Positions 51,172 through 61,839 are shown, counted from the stretch's first letter. The stretch: 64,000 nt of DNA from an uncultured cyanobacterium (GCA_963706595.1 OY970166.1:3680001-3744000); one strand, 5' to 3'. Program-made: numbers and translations. The notes: generated by a model from the letters alone, not told the origin.

Positions 51172-51870
51172 TTATTTCAGAATGGTGACGTTTTCCCCGA
51201 CGGTGGGAATGTTTTGTCTGGAGATGACTTGATCAATCAAACCGTAATTTTTTGCCTCTTCTGCCGACATAAAAAAGTCACGTTCGGTATCTGCCTCAAG
51301 TCTGTCCAGGGGTTGACCAGTATGATGGCCTAGTAACTGATTTAACTTAGCCTTAACGTAAAGGATTTCTCTGGCTTGAATCTCAATATCAATGGCTTGA
51401 CCTTGAGCGCCACCTAGTGGTTGGTGAATCATGATCCGAGAGTCAGGCAGAGACATTCGTTTACCAGCAGAACCTGCGGCTAACAGAAATGCTCCCATGC
51501 TGGCGGCTAATCCAAAACATATAGTAACCACATCAGGGCGGATTTGCTGCATTGTATCATAAATGGCCATCCCTGCGTAGACGGAACCGCCAGGAGAATT
51601 GATATAGATTTGAATATCTTTTTCTGAGTCTTCCGCGTCTAGGAACAGCAATTGAGCCACAATGGAATTGGCCACAGCATCATCTATGGGAGTACCCAAA
51701 AAGATAATCCGCTCTCGCAGCAGGCGGGAGTAAATGTCAAAAGCTCTTTCTCCCATGCCAGACTGTTCTACCACCATCGGTACAATGTTGGTAGGTTGGC
51801 TCAGATGGGAGCTAAATTGGATTCTACTTAAACTATTGATGGGGTCATTTCCCGACTGCGATAGAAGCAT
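51172..51870 (-). CDS. clpP: Clp protease proteolytic subunit
   Basis: [21 protein letters not shown]. Confidence 0.97.
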   Translation of the reverse strand: MLLSQSGNDPINSLSRIQFSSHLSQPTNIVPMVVEQSGMGERAFDIYSRLLRERIIFLGTPIDDAVANSIVAQLLFLDAEDSEKDIQIYINSPGGSVYAGMAIYDTMQQIRPDVVTICFGLAASMGAFLLAAGSAGKRMSLPDSRIMIHQPLGGAQGQAIDIEIQAREILYVKAKLNQLLGHHTGQPLDRLEADTERDFFMSAEEAKNYGLIDQVISRQNIPTVGENVTILK

Positions 51871-52109
51871 ATAAGAACTATAGAGAATTAAGTTAGGACA
51901 GGTTTGGTAGCACTTATTGCTGCCTTTTGCACGGATGCAATTTTATTTGAGCTATTTATTCACCATTATGCCTCATATATATTCCTCTCGGTGAAACGGA
52001 TCAAGCTAAAGCAATCACATATACCCTATTTCTTGACGATTCCTGAAATATTTCCTCGAAATTTGGTGTAATAACGCGATTAATCAATCCTCTATCGGAC
52101 TGAAGCAAA

Positions 52110-52345
52110 AAACCGTACCCTTCGGGAAGCTTCGCTAACGGCTGACGCTCACGGCGAAGCCTCTCAAACTCTCATAACTCGGTATGCGCTGCGCGTTAGC
52201 GACAGATTTTTTCCTTACTTAAGCCTAAGTCTTGTGTTCAAAGGAAGTGCCGAGTCGGAAAAATTTTGACTCAGCACTTTCTTGTAGAGACGCGATTTAT
52301 CGCTTGTAGAGACGCGATTTATCGCGTCTAGGATTTATCGCATCT
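52110..52345. repeat. Cluster of small palindromic repeats and degenerate GTAGAGACGCGATTTATCGC REP copies
   Basis: Four GATTTATCGC units at about 52284-52343; short hairpins at 52115-52203. Confidence 0.65.
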
Positions 52346-52370
52346 AGGATTTATCGCATCTAGGTAAAGA

Positions 52371-53792
52371 TTATATTGATTCTGTACTAGCTGCGACGCT
52401 TTCTTCCTCGGTCTGAGGTTCAATTGTCTCAGACTCGTCTGCTGTTTCTTCGGCGGGAGTCAGAGAACCTTCGGGGACAAGTTCCACAGATGAATGTTCT
52501 AACAGCCAATCGATGATTTTTTCAGTTAACAGTTCGTTTTCCACCACTGAGCGCATTCTATCAGCGTCAATGTCTTGGTCTGCGTACTGTTCCATCAATT
52601 CGGCAACTCTGGCTGCAACTTCTTCCGGTGTAACCTCGATGGACTCACGTTTGCTGACTTCCAATAATCCCAAAGAGCGTTTGAGGCGTTCAATGGCCTC
52701 ATCGCGCGATCGCTCCCGCAATTGAGGAATAATATCTTCAGTAAACAGCTTTCTCACGTCCAAACCTTGCTGAGACAGCCGCATCGCTGTTTGGTTCAGC
52801 ATCGCGTCTATTTCTCTGTCAATCAAGGTTTCTGGTAAATCAACTTCCACATACTTGAGCAGTTCTGCTAACAAAGCTTCCTGCTGGTTCGATTTGGTTT
52901 TTTCCTCAGCCTCTTTTTGGTGGCGTTCGGCTAAAGAAGCACGCAGTTCTTCCAAGGTGTCAAAATCGCTAACTTCCTGAGCGAAGTCGTCGTTCAATTC
53001 TGGTAGTTCTTTTTCCTTCAGTTCTTTGAGTGTAACTGTGAAAATTGCCGCTTTTCCAGCTAACTCTTCGTTGGCATAAGGATCTGGAAACTGAGCCGGA
53101 ATTTCTCTAGTTTCTTCAGGATTCATCCCTACCATGCCAGATACAAAGCCAGGAATAAACTTGTCTTCTTCCAATTCTAGTTTAAAGTCTGTAGCTTCGG
53201 CTCCTGGAATTGCTTTTGGCTCGGCTGTTTCGTCTTCGCCTTCACCTTTTGCCAGCACACCTTTAAAATCAACTACAGCCACATCACCAATTTGGGCTGC
53301 ACGTCCTTCTACAGGAATCAGCGTCGCTAATTCTTGCCTTTCCTTTTCTAAGACTTCATCAACTCGATTGGTGTCGTGTTTGATTTCCTCGGCTTGGGCG
53401 GATAAACCTGTGTACTGCACCAGATTAACTTCTGGTTGCACATCTACAGCCGCTAAAAAAGTCAGGGGTTTTCCTGGTTCATAATTACTAATCAATTCCT
53501 CAAAGGAAGTCCGCAGTTGTGGTTGTCCAATTGCCGAAATTTCTTCTTGTTTGAGGGCTTTTTCTACGCCATCTTGAACTATTTCTTCCAGCGCTGCTGC
53601 TTTGATTCGAGCTACGCCAAGGCGCTGTAGCAATATCGGCCGAGGTACCTTGCCTTTACGAAACCCAGGAATAGTTGTAGTACTAGCTAAGTTTTTAATT
53701 ACCTGTTCGTAAGTTTTCTGGGTAATTTCTGGCGTAATCTCGATTTCCAAACCAATTTGGCTGGCGGGAAGTTTTTCCTGGGTAACTTTCAT
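52371..53792 (-). CDS. tig: Trigger factor
   Basis: IPGFRKGKVP, FIPGF, FKBP domain. Confidence 0.97.
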   Translation of the reverse strand: MKVTQEKLPASQIGLEIEITPEITQKTYEQVIKNLASTTTIPGFRKGKVPRPILLQRLGVARIKAAALEEIVQDGVEKALKQEEISAIGQPQLRTSFEELISNYEPGKPLTFLAAVDVQPEVNLVQYTGLSAQAEEIKHDTNRVDEVLEKERQELATLIPVEGRAAQIGDVAVVDFKGVLAKGEGEDETAEPKAIPGAEATDFKLELEEDKFIPGFVSGMVGMNPEETREIPAQFPDPYANEELAGKAAIFTVTLKELKEKELPELNDDFAQEVSDFDTLEELRASLAERHQKEAEEKTKSNQQEALLAELLKYVEVDLPETLIDREIDAMLNQTAMRLSQQGLDVRKLFTEDIIPQLRERSRDEAIERLKRSLGLLEVSKRESIEVTPEEVAARVAELMEQYADQDIDADRMRSVVENELLTEKIIDWLLEHSSVELVPEGSLTPAEETADESETIEPQTEEESVAASTESI

Positions 53793-54527
53793 GCTTCGTC
53801 TCTAATATTTATTTCTGGTTTTTTTTGGCTCCAAGTACGCACAAGACGCGATTTACCGCTTCTGTGGGTTGATTTCTCTTGGTTTAGGAATGGGAGGGAC
53901 CCACAAGTTATCTGTCAAAATCCCATATTATATGGATAAGTACCTTCAGTAGATATCCAGTTTATCGTCAATGCCAAAGGACTTGACAATTAACCGCAAT
54001 AACTTTACCTATGGAAACTCGCAGTTATTACAATCACTTAAGCAAGCCATTTTTCTAAATTCAAAGGTCTAACACCGTGATATTCTGGTTCTTAAGGAGC
54101 ATTTTATGCTATAAATTGTGGAACTGTCGGGTTTTTCTGCCTTGGGTGACTACTTTTAACTTTACTGATTACAGTCCATCTGGATCATAGTACATCCATC
54201 CTAATTGGCAACCCACTTAACCAGAGTGATATTTGTTTACCTATCCTGAAGTGTGTGTACTGCATTTTTCTCTAAGACTGAGTTTGTTGTATAATAATAA
54301 TATTTAGATATTTTGATAAATCGGTGGAAAATTCTAGCAGCAAGACAAGTAAATTTCAACATTGTCTAACTTAAAATGTAATCTAGAAAATAAACGTCCT
54401 ATTTTTAGAAAAGTCGCGTAGAATTAAAAAAAATTTTATTAAAAATCTGCGATCGCTATTTAGATAAGTAAGTATAAATTGTAAATTGTTCAGAAAAATT
54501 ACTCACCTCTTAAAGGAGAAAGCCAGT

Positions 54528-55577
54528 TTGTCGAAATCCTATCGTGTCGCTATTTTGGGAGCTACGGGTGCTGTTGGCACAGAGTTACTGGAATTACTAG
54601 AAAGCCGTAATTTTCCGGTGGCGGAGTTGAAGCTATTGGCATCAGCACGGAGTGTAGGGCGATCGCTCCGGTTTAAAGGCGAAGATTTACCAGTAGAATT
54701 AGTCAGCGATCGCACCCTAGAAAATGTAGACTTAGTTCTAGCTAGTGCAGGCGGTTCCACCTCCAAGACTTGGGCAGCTATTGCCGTAGAAAAAGGTGCT
54801 GTAGTCATAGACAATTCCAGCGCCTTTCGGATGAACCCCGAAGTTCCCTTAGTCGTACCAGAGGTAAACCCCTTAGCTGCTGCTAAACACCAAGGTATTA
54901 TCGCTAACCCCAACTGCACCACAATTTTGATGAGCGTGGCAATTTGGCCTCTGCATCAAATCAGTCCCATCAAACGCATTGTAGTTTCCACCTATCAATC
55001 AGCCAGTGGCGCAGGTGCCAAAGCAATGGCAGAAGTTCAAACCCAAGCCAGTGCTATCTTACAAGGACAGGAACCAGTAGCCGAAATTTTGCCTTATCCC
55101 TTGGCGTTTAACTTATTCCCACATAACTCTGCCTTAAACGATTTGGGTTACTGTGAAGAAGAAATGAAAATGGTCAACGAAACCCGCAAAATTTTTGACG
55201 ACCAACAAATTAGAATTACTGCTACTTGTATACGGGTTCCCGTACTTCGCGCCCATTCCGAAGCCATTAATCTAGAATTTGCTCATCCATTTAGTGCAGA
55301 TGCAGCTAGAGAAATTTTAAGTCACTCTCCTGGAGTAAAATTAATCGAAGATTGGGAAAAGAATTACTTTCCCATGCCGATGGAAGCCACAGGTCAGGAC
55401 GACGTGTTAGTGGGAAGAATTCGTCAAGATATTTCTCATCCATGCGGCTTGGAACTTTGGCTTTCTGGTGACCAAATCCGTAAAGGTGCGGCCTTGAATG
55501 CAGTCCAAATTGCCGAGTTATTGGTAGAAAAAAATCTCCTCCAACCAGCAAAAACATACGTCTCTAGTGAGAAATAA
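54528..55577 (+). CDS. asd: Aspartate-semialdehyde dehydrogenase
   Basis: GATGAVG, NPNCTT, SASGAG, RKGAALN; TTG start after AAGGAG. Confidence 0.96.
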   Translation: MSKSYRVAILGATGAVGTELLELLESRNFPVAELKLLASARSVGRSLRFKGEDLPVELVSDRTLENVDLVLASAGGSTSKTWAAIAVEKGAVVIDNSSAFRMNPEVPLVVPEVNPLAAAKHQGIIANPNCTTILMSVAIWPLHQISPIKRIVVSTYQSASGAGAKAMAEVQTQASAILQGQEPVAEILPYPLAFNLFPHNSALNDLGYCEEEMKMVNETRKIFDDQQIRITATCIRVPVLRAHSEAINLEFAHPFSADAAREILSHSPGVKLIEDWEKNYFPMPMEATGQDDVLVGRIRQDISHPCGLELWLSGDQIRKGAALNAVQIAELLVEKNLLQPAKTYVSSEK

Positions 55578-55614
55578 TCACCAATTAGATATCAGGTATT
55601 TTTCCCTAGTAAGA

Positions 55615-55719
55615 TATATAGCCATCCTATTTGATATATGAATTATCGAACCGCCAAGTCGCCAAGGTCGCCAAGAGAGGAAGTAAAGAGGTTCACAATT
55701 GATTTAGGACTTCTATATA
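55615..55719. repeat. TATAGC-family MITE-like repeat
   Basis: TATATAGCCATCCTA...TAGGACTTCTATATA ends with internal CGCCAAG repeats. Confidence 0.55.
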
Positions 55720-55891
55720 AAAAACAATATCTTTGAAGTACCTTTCAAACAGTTATCAGTAAACAGTGAACAGTTATCAAGCCGAGTTGCTTAACAACGA
55801 TTGTAATCCAATTATGTCTCGTAACTGATAACTGATAACTGATAACTGATAACTGTAAAAAACCAAGAGGCTAATTAGGAGTAAAAACAGG

Positions 55892-56776
55892 GTGGGAGAA
55901 TTTGGCAGAGTTTTAACCGCTATGATTACGCCGTTTAAAGCAGACGGTAGTGTTAACTATGATGTAGCGGCAGAATTAGCAGCACATCTAGTTAACAACG
56001 GTACAGATACATTAGTCGTATGTGGGACAACAGGTGAGTCTCCTACCCTAACTTGGGACGAGGAATACCAGTTGTTTGTGGAAGTATTGCAAGCCGTGGC
56101 CGGAAAAGCCAAGGTAATTGCCGGATGTGGTTCTAATTCCACCAAAGAAGCGATCGCAGCTACCCAAAAAGCTGCTAGAATAGGAGTACATGGTTCATTA
56201 CAAGTTGTACCCTATTACAACAAACCGCCACAAGCAGGTCTATACCAGCACTTTCAAGCGATCGCCCAAGCTTGTCCAGAACTACCATTACTGTTATATA
56301 ATGTCCCTGGACGTACCGGACAAAACCTCAGTCCAGAAACTGCTGCCAGGTTAGCGGAAATTGACAATATTGTTGGCATCAAGGAAGCAACTGGAAATTT
56401 AGACCAAGCAAGTGAAATTCGCCGCTTGACACCAAAAGAATTTCAGATTTACTCTGGAGATGATTCCTTAACCTTGCCCTTGTTAGCAATTGGGGCAACA
56501 GGAGTTGTGAGTGTCGCTTCTCATCTGGTAGGTAATCAACTACAGCAGATGATTCAAGCTTTTAGTGCGGGAGAAATCGCTACGGCTACCGAAATTCATC
56601 TACAACTATTTCCATTGTTTAAAGCTTTATTTTTAACTACAAATCCCATTCCAGTTAAACAAGCGCTGAAACTTCAAGGTTGGGAGGTCGGTTCAACTCG
56701 TCTACCGCTATGCGAAGTTGACTCAGATGTTAGTGATAAGTTAAAGGTGGTGTTAGATAAACTCGATTTAATTTAA
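55892..56776 (+). CDS. dapA: 4-hydroxy-tetrahydrodipicolinate synthase
   Basis: [24 protein letters not shown]. Confidence 0.97.
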   Translation: MGEFGRVLTAMITPFKADGSVNYDVAAELAAHLVNNGTDTLVVCGTTGESPTLTWDEEYQLFVEVLQAVAGKAKVIAGCGSNSTKEAIAATQKAARIGVHGSLQVVPYYNKPPQAGLYQHFQAIAQACPELPLLLYNVPGRTGQNLSPETAARLAEIDNIVGIKEATGNLDQASEIRRLTPKEFQIYSGDDSLTLPLLAIGATGVVSVASHLVGNQLQQMIQAFSAGEIATATEIHLQLFPLFKALFLTTNPIPVKQALKLQGWEVGSTRLPLCEVDSDVSDKLKVVLDKLDLI

Positions 56777-57081
56777 ATGCCAATTTCTGGAATATCGACC
56801 AGTTATCACTTGACATTTTTATGCTGAGACTGTTGGCGATATCTGATTTTGTAGTTGAGTAAAGTATGGCATTGAAAAAATCACAGATAAGATAATTTTG
56901 TATTTGATTAATATCAGAAGAGTTATATATGTGAAATCGTTTTATTCAAGGCATAACTGAACATCTCAAACATCATTTAGCTGCTTTTACATAGAAAGCT
57001 AGTATTTTCTTTCATACATAACCAAGATAGATAATTGTGAATTTATTAAAGCTGAAAAACCAACAACCATCAAAGGACAAA

Positions 57082-58854
57082 ATGGTAAACAACGAAACTA
57101 AATCCGCCCTGAAAATTATTCCCTTGGGCGGTTTGCACGAAATTGGCAAAAATACCTGTGTTTTTGAGTACGAAGACGAAATTGTGCTTCTCGATGCCGG
57201 ATTAGCCTTTCCTACAAAAGGAATGTTAGGGGTAAATATTGTCCTGCCTGATACAACATATCTACGGGAAAATCGCCATAAGATTAAAGGCATGATCGTG
57301 ACTCACGGTCATGAAGACCATATCGGCGGTATCGCTTTTCACCTCAAGCAATTTGACATCCCGATCATTCATGGCCCTAGATTAGCAATGGCGATGCTAG
57401 AGGGTAAATTGGAAGAAGCCGGAGTACGCGATCGCACTGAGTTAAGATCAGTTAAACCCCGTGATGTAGTCCGCATTGGTCAACATTTCTTTGCAGAATT
57501 TATCCGCAATACCCACTCCATTGCCGATAGTTTTACAGTGGCTATTCATACGCCTCTAGGTGTAGTTATCCACACAGGAGACTTTAAAATTGATCATACA
57601 CCTGTAGATGGCGAACACTATGACTTACAACGGTTAGCAGAACACGGCGAACGAGGTGTACTGTGCTTGTTGAGTGATTCAACTAACGCCGAAGTCCCAG
57701 GATTTACCCCTTCAGAACGTGCTGTTTTCCCCAACTTAGACAGGGAATTTGGTAAAGCTACCGGACGCTTATTTGTCACCACATTTTCATCCAGTGTGCA
57801 TCGCATCAACATGATTTTGCAGTTGGCGCAGAAGCATAACCGGGTGGTGTCGGTGGTGGGTCGTTCCATGCTGAATTTGATTGCTCATGCCCGCAATTTG
57901 GGTTACATCAAGTGTGATGATAGTATCTTCCATCCATTGCACGCAGTCCGGAATATGCCAGATGAAAAAGTACTGATTTTAACTACTGGCTCTCAGGGTG
58001 AAACAATGGCAGCCATGACCCGCATTGCCAACAAAGAACACTCCCAAATCAAAATTCGTCCAGGAGATACGGTACTCTTCTCTGCAAACCCAATTCCTGG
58101 CAATACTATCGCTGTGGTTAACACCATCGATAAATTGATGATTCAGGGCGCAAATGTAGTCTATGGGAAAGACAAAGGCATTCACGTTTCTGGTCACGGC
58201 TGTCAGGAAGACCAAAAACTGATGATTGCTTTAACTCGTCCTAAGTTCTTTGTGCCATTCCACGGTGAACATCGAATGCTAGTGAAGCACTCCCAAACTG
58301 CTCAGAGTATGGGTATTCCTGCCGAAAATATGGTAATTATCGAAAACGGCAACATCGTAGAATTAACTGAAGAATCTATCCGTGTTGCTGGTAAAGTCGC
58401 ATCTGGTATCGAACTCGTAGATACTACCAGCGCTGGTATGGTAAGCGATAAAGTCTTGCTAGAACGACAACGGATGTCAGAAGAAGGACTTGTTACCATT
58501 GCTGCTGCTATTGATTGGAATGGCAAACTGATGGCTAGAGTAGAAACTCATTTGCGCGGTGTCGTTACCAGTGTAGAGCAATCGCTAGTACAAAAATGGG
58601 TACAACAGCGCATTGAAGAAATGCTTACTGTGCGTTGGTCAGAATTTGCCCAGATTCGTGAAGGCGAAAAACCAGAAGTAGACTGGGGTGGATTGCAAGG
58701 GATGTTAGAGCGTGAATTACAACGCTCCATCCGCCGAGAATTGCAATGTCAACCAACTGTGACATTATTGATGCAAATTGCTGAAGAACCACCTGCGAAA
58801 GTTTCCGATGGTAGAAGACGACGGACTCGCACGACAGCGCAAGTAGCATCTTAA
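57082..58854 (+). CDS. rnj: Ribonuclease J
   Basis: PLGGLHEIGKN, THGHEDHIGG, HVSGHG; start reset to ATG 57082. Confidence 0.97.
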   Translation: MVNNETKSALKIIPLGGLHEIGKNTCVFEYEDEIVLLDAGLAFPTKGMLGVNIVLPDTTYLRENRHKIKGMIVTHGHEDHIGGIAFHLKQFDIPIIHGPRLAMAMLEGKLEEAGVRDRTELRSVKPRDVVRIGQHFFAEFIRNTHSIADSFTVAIHTPLGVVIHTGDFKIDHTPVDGEHYDLQRLAEHGERGVLCLLSDSTNAEVPGFTPSERAVFPNLDREFGKATGRLFVTTFSSSVHRINMILQLAQKHNRVVSVVGRSMLNLIAHARNLGYIKCDDSIFHPLHAVRNMPDEKVLILTTGSQGETMAAMTRIANKEHSQIKIRPGDTVLFSANPIPGNTIAVVNTIDKLMIQGANVVYGKDKGIHVSGHGCQEDQKLMIALTRPKFFVPFHGEHRMLVKHSQTAQSMGIPAENMVIIENGNIVELTEESIRVAGKVASGIELVDTTSAGMVSDKVLLERQRMSEEGLVTIAAAIDWNGKLMARVETHLRGVVTSVEQSLVQKWVQQRIEEMLTVRWSEFAQIREGEKPEVDWGGLQGMLERELQRSIRRELQCQPTVTLLMQIAEEPPAKVSDGRRRRTRTTAQVAS

Positions 58855-58865
58855 TCAAGGTGCTG

Positions 58866-59061
58866 AGTTAAGTTGGTAGTGGGTTACGGAATAGACCGAC
58901 ACGCTTAAAATAGTTAAGTTGGTGGTGGGTTACGGACTACCGTCCTAACCCACCCTACTGGCGTGGCAAGGCTAAAATGTTGCAATAGATTTTTGAGAAA
59001 ATTGAGATAAATCAATGTTTTCGGCTTTTTCCTAATGCACTATTTTAAGCTTGCCACGCCA
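58866..59061. repeat. Duplicated REP-like unit followed by a MITE
   Basis: AGTTAAGTTGGT(A/G)GTGGGTTACGGA twice; TGGCGTGGCAAG...CTTGCCACGCCA TIR at 58959-59061. Confidence 0.7.
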
Positions 59062-59079
59062 CTACGAATATAATTTATT

Positions 59080-59110
59080 ACCCTGGTTTCTTGAATAAAT
59101 CGGGGTTTTT
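59080..59110 (+). terminator. Intrinsic terminator after rnj
   Basis: ACCCTGGTTT...AAATCGGGGT plus T-tract. Confidence 0.55.
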
Positions 59111-59170
59111 GATTTTCATCAATAATTGTTGATTCTCAAAAAGACATATCTTATAGTAGTTGTTGTAAAA

Positions 59171-59236
59171 GTAGTCACGTATACAAAATTAGTTTTACTA
59201 ATATACTTTATTTTAAGTATAAAATTTTGCTATAAT
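59171..59236 (+). promoter_or_regulatory. NtcA-like box and extended -10 promoter upstream of the Rieske gene
   Basis: GTA-GTCACGTA-TAC at 59171-59184; TGCTATAAT at 59228-59236. Confidence 0.5.
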
Positions 59237-59409
59237 AAATAGGGGAACAAGAAAAGTATTGCAAACCTTTAAAGTCCCTTCTAAGGTTACTGCACCAAGG
59301 TTTTTGCAATCCATTTCACACTGCAAATTGCCATTTTGATCCTCTCAGGTCTAAGGATACTGAGATCAATTTCAATGGGTTTACGCATCAATTTTTCAGG
59401 AGGTCCTTT

Positions 59410-59946
59410 ATGGACACCAATCTTCATCTCGAAAGTCCATCCCTATCAAGACGACAACTCCTCAACTTTCTGACCGGAGCAACCGTTGCTGCTACTGCTG
59501 GGGCTGCACTCTATCCTGTTGGCAAATTCTTCATTGCTCCAGCCGAAAAAACGGGAGCAGGGGGTGCTATTCTTGCTAAAGATATTTTGGGGAAACAAAT
59601 ACCAGCCGCGCAAATTCTGGCAGAACCGCCTGGAACCCGCGCCTTGGTTGCAGGTTTGGCAGGAGAACCCACTTACCTAATTGTCAAAGAAGATAATACA
59701 CTAGATCATATTGGGCTGGTAGATAACTGCACTCACCTTGGTTGTACCTTCCCCTGGAACCCTCTGGATGAGGAGTTTCAGTGTCCTTGTCATGGTTCCC
59801 GCTATGCTCCAGATGGGACGGTGGTACGTGGTCCGGCTCCTCTGCCTCTCAAAATTGTCCAAGTTGAAGTGATCAATAATAGTATTTTGATTTCGCCCTG
59901 GACAAAAACTGATCCTCGCACTGGAAAAAACCCCTGGTGGGTCTGA
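59410..59946 (+). CDS. petC: Cytochrome b6f-type Rieske iron-sulfur protein, paralog
   Basis: Tat motif SRRQLL, CTHLGC and CPCHGS boxes, GPAPLPL; no petA downstream. Confidence 0.9.
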   Translation: MDTNLHLESPSLSRRQLLNFLTGATVAATAGAALYPVGKFFIAPAEKTGAGGAILAKDILGKQIPAAQILAEPPGTRALVAGLAGEPTYLIVKEDNTLDHIGLVDNCTHLGCTFPWNPLDEEFQCPCHGSRYAPDGTVVRGPAPLPLKIVQVEVINNSILISPWTKTDPRTGKNPWWV

Positions 59947-59958
59947 AGATGAAATAAT

Positions 59959-60636
59959 ATGAAACCGATTCGTATTTTTTACTTTTCCGATATTCTCTGC
60001 ATTTGGGCTTATATTGCTCAAATTCGGCTAGATGAGTTAAAAATAACCTTTGAAGACAAGATTGCCATAGAACACCACTTTGTCCCCGTCTTTGGTGCTG
60101 CTGGTGAAAAACTGGAGAACCGATGGCGAGAAAGAGGGGGATTGCAAGGATACAGTGATCATGTTCAGGGGGTTGCCAAAAAGTTTGATCACATCAGCCT
60201 TCATCCTGATATTTGGACTAAGGTGACACCAGCTTCATCTACATCTTGTCATCTGTTTCTCCATGCGATTCAATTATTAGCAGCGAAAGGTTTGGTTGAC
60301 CCAGATCAACAGGTATTTGAAAAAGCAACTAAGGCTTTTCGAGAAGCGTTTTTTACCAAATTGGCAAACGTTTCTGAGCGTAATGTGCAATTTGAAATTG
60401 CGGAGGAGTTAAAACTCCCAATTGCAGCTATCCAAGCTGAGATTGATAGTGGTGAGGCTTATGCTCAACTATCTAAGGATTTTGAATTAGTCAAAGAGCT
60501 TATGGTTACGGTCAGCCCTACCCTAATTTTTAATGAAGGACGGCAGAGACTCAATGGTAATGTGGGCTACCGAGTTATGGAAGCCAATATTCGGGAGTTA
60601 CTACACAATCCTCCGGGGGAACAATCTTGGTGTTAG
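59959..60636 (+). CDS. DsbA/FrnE-like thioredoxin-fold protein
   Basis: YFSDILCIWAY, VSPTLIFNEGRQRLNGNVGY, C-terminal SWC. Confidence 0.8.
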   Translation: MKPIRIFYFSDILCIWAYIAQIRLDELKITFEDKIAIEHHFVPVFGAAGEKLENRWRERGGLQGYSDHVQGVAKKFDHISLHPDIWTKVTPASSTSCHLFLHAIQLLAAKGLVDPDQQVFEKATKAFREAFFTKLANVSERNVQFEIAEELKLPIAAIQAEIDSGEAYAQLSKDFELVKELMVTVSPTLIFNEGRQRLNGNVGYRVMEANIRELLHNPPGEQSWC

Positions 60637-60677
60637 GTGGCAAAATATTAAATTTATATGCCTGTCAGCTTAAGTTT

Positions 60678-61223
60678 ATGAGAATTTTTATGATGACCTC
60701 TATCTGCTTTAACGGGTCTATAATTCGCTCAATGCGCTGGCTGCTGGCTGCTTGGCTCTGCATTTCACTGTTTGTTTGCAGTCCATTACCCGCTTTTGCT
60801 ACTGTGACGCAAATCGAAGAGTCCCCAGGGCAGATGCTCTACCAATCCCGGCAAAGTCTGCGGGATCAGAACGGAAATTCTTGGCAGGCGATCGCCTTCA
60901 ATCGCATCTATCCCGATGGTAGTAATATGATTTCTGTGAGGCTAGTGGGCTTTCCTGGTGCGGTGGAAATAGATCACAGTCAACCACTGACTCTAACAAC
61001 ATCTATGGGAAAAACTCTCACTGCTAAGGATATTTCTAGCAAAATTTCTTCAGACACACCAACCCTAACGAATGTCGGAGAATATGACATTAAGCCTGTT
61101 TTACCACAGTTGCAGGCGGAAATCCCCCTTCAGTTAACATTACCGATACTGAATGGCTCTGCGGTCGAGTTGCAAATTCCTTCCACAGCAGTTCAAGAAT
61201 GGCAAACATTTTCTGCTCATTGA
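60678..61223 (+). CDS. Exported protein, DUF3122-like
   Basis: Signal peptide PAFA; SRQSLRD, WQAIAF, RLVGFPG. Confidence 0.75.
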   Translation: MRIFMMTSICFNGSIIRSMRWLLAAWLCISLFVCSPLPAFATVTQIEESPGQMLYQSRQSLRDQNGNSWQAIAFNRIYPDGSNMISVRLVGFPGAVEIDHSQPLTLTTSMGKTLTAKDISSKISSDTPTLTNVGEYDIKPVLPQLQAEIPLQLTLPILNGSAVELQIPSTAVQEWQTFSAH

Positions 61224-61227
61224 TTTT

Positions 61228-61328
61228 GACATTCTCATTCAAGTGAGGTACAAGCAGTAATAATTAAACGCAGATGGACGCAGATAAACGCAGATAATTG
61301 TGTACTTTATTAGACTGGGAAATGCTAT
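61228..61328. repeat. MITE-like repeat with (ACGCAGAT) units just upstream of merR
   Basis: CATTCTCA...TGGGAAATG imperfect TIR, three ACGCAGAT copies. Confidence 0.5.
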
Positions 61329-61342
61329 GTGGAGTCGGATCA

Positions 61343-61744
61343 ATGTTCAAAATGGGCGAAGTTTCTCGTAATTTAGGAATCAATCCCCAAACGCTGTATT
61401 TTTACGAGCGCATTGGGCTAATTCCACCTCCCCAGCGTACTGAAGCGGGATATCGACTTTTTAGCCAGTTAGATGTAGATCGACTGGCTTTTATTACCCG
61501 TGCTAAGTCTTTGGGGCTGAGTTTGGATGATATTAAGGAGATTCTATCTTTAAAGGAAGGGAAATTACTCTCCTGTAAAGCTGTTTATGAACGACTCAGC
61601 CAAAAAGTTAAGGATATTGAGGAAAATATATCTCAATTGCGATCGCTCCATGATGAGCTAGTACCTTTGGTTGAGCAATGCAAAACCAACTTAGACCATC
61701 CTGATCCAGCTTATCAATGTATTATTCTTGACGCAGAACTCTAA
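61343..61744 (+). CDS. MerR-family heavy-metal-responsive activator
   Basis: TLYFYERIGLIP, RTEAGYRLF, LGLSLDDIKEIL; three Cys (LSC, EQC, YQC). Confidence 0.9.
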   Translation: MFKMGEVSRNLGINPQTLYFYERIGLIPPPQRTEAGYRLFSQLDVDRLAFITRAKSLGLSLDDIKEILSLKEGKLLSCKAVYERLSQKVKDIEENISQLRSLHDELVPLVEQCKTNLDHPDPAYQCIILDAEL

Positions 61745-61769
61745 AAAACTAAATATTTTCCGAAACCCC

Positions 61770-61801
61770 TTGACCTTATACATGGGTATAGAGTTTATAG
61801 T
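61770..61801 (+). promoter_or_regulatory. MerR-type long-spacer promoter/operator
   Basis: TTGACC-20 nt-TATAGT with dyad ACCTTATAC-ATGG-GTATAGAGT. Confidence 0.8.
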
Positions 61802-61839
61802 GAAATCTATCAAGATTATTCTCTATTGAGTAGGTCATT

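Noticed and set aside
52284..52345. Repeated GATTTATCGC units as a mini-CRISPR
   Set aside because: No 30-40 nt spacers and no cas genes; fits degenerate REP duplication
53793..54527. sRNA in the long tig-asd intergenic region
   Set aside because: No clear promoter-terminator unit or strong structure visible; divergent promoters explain the length
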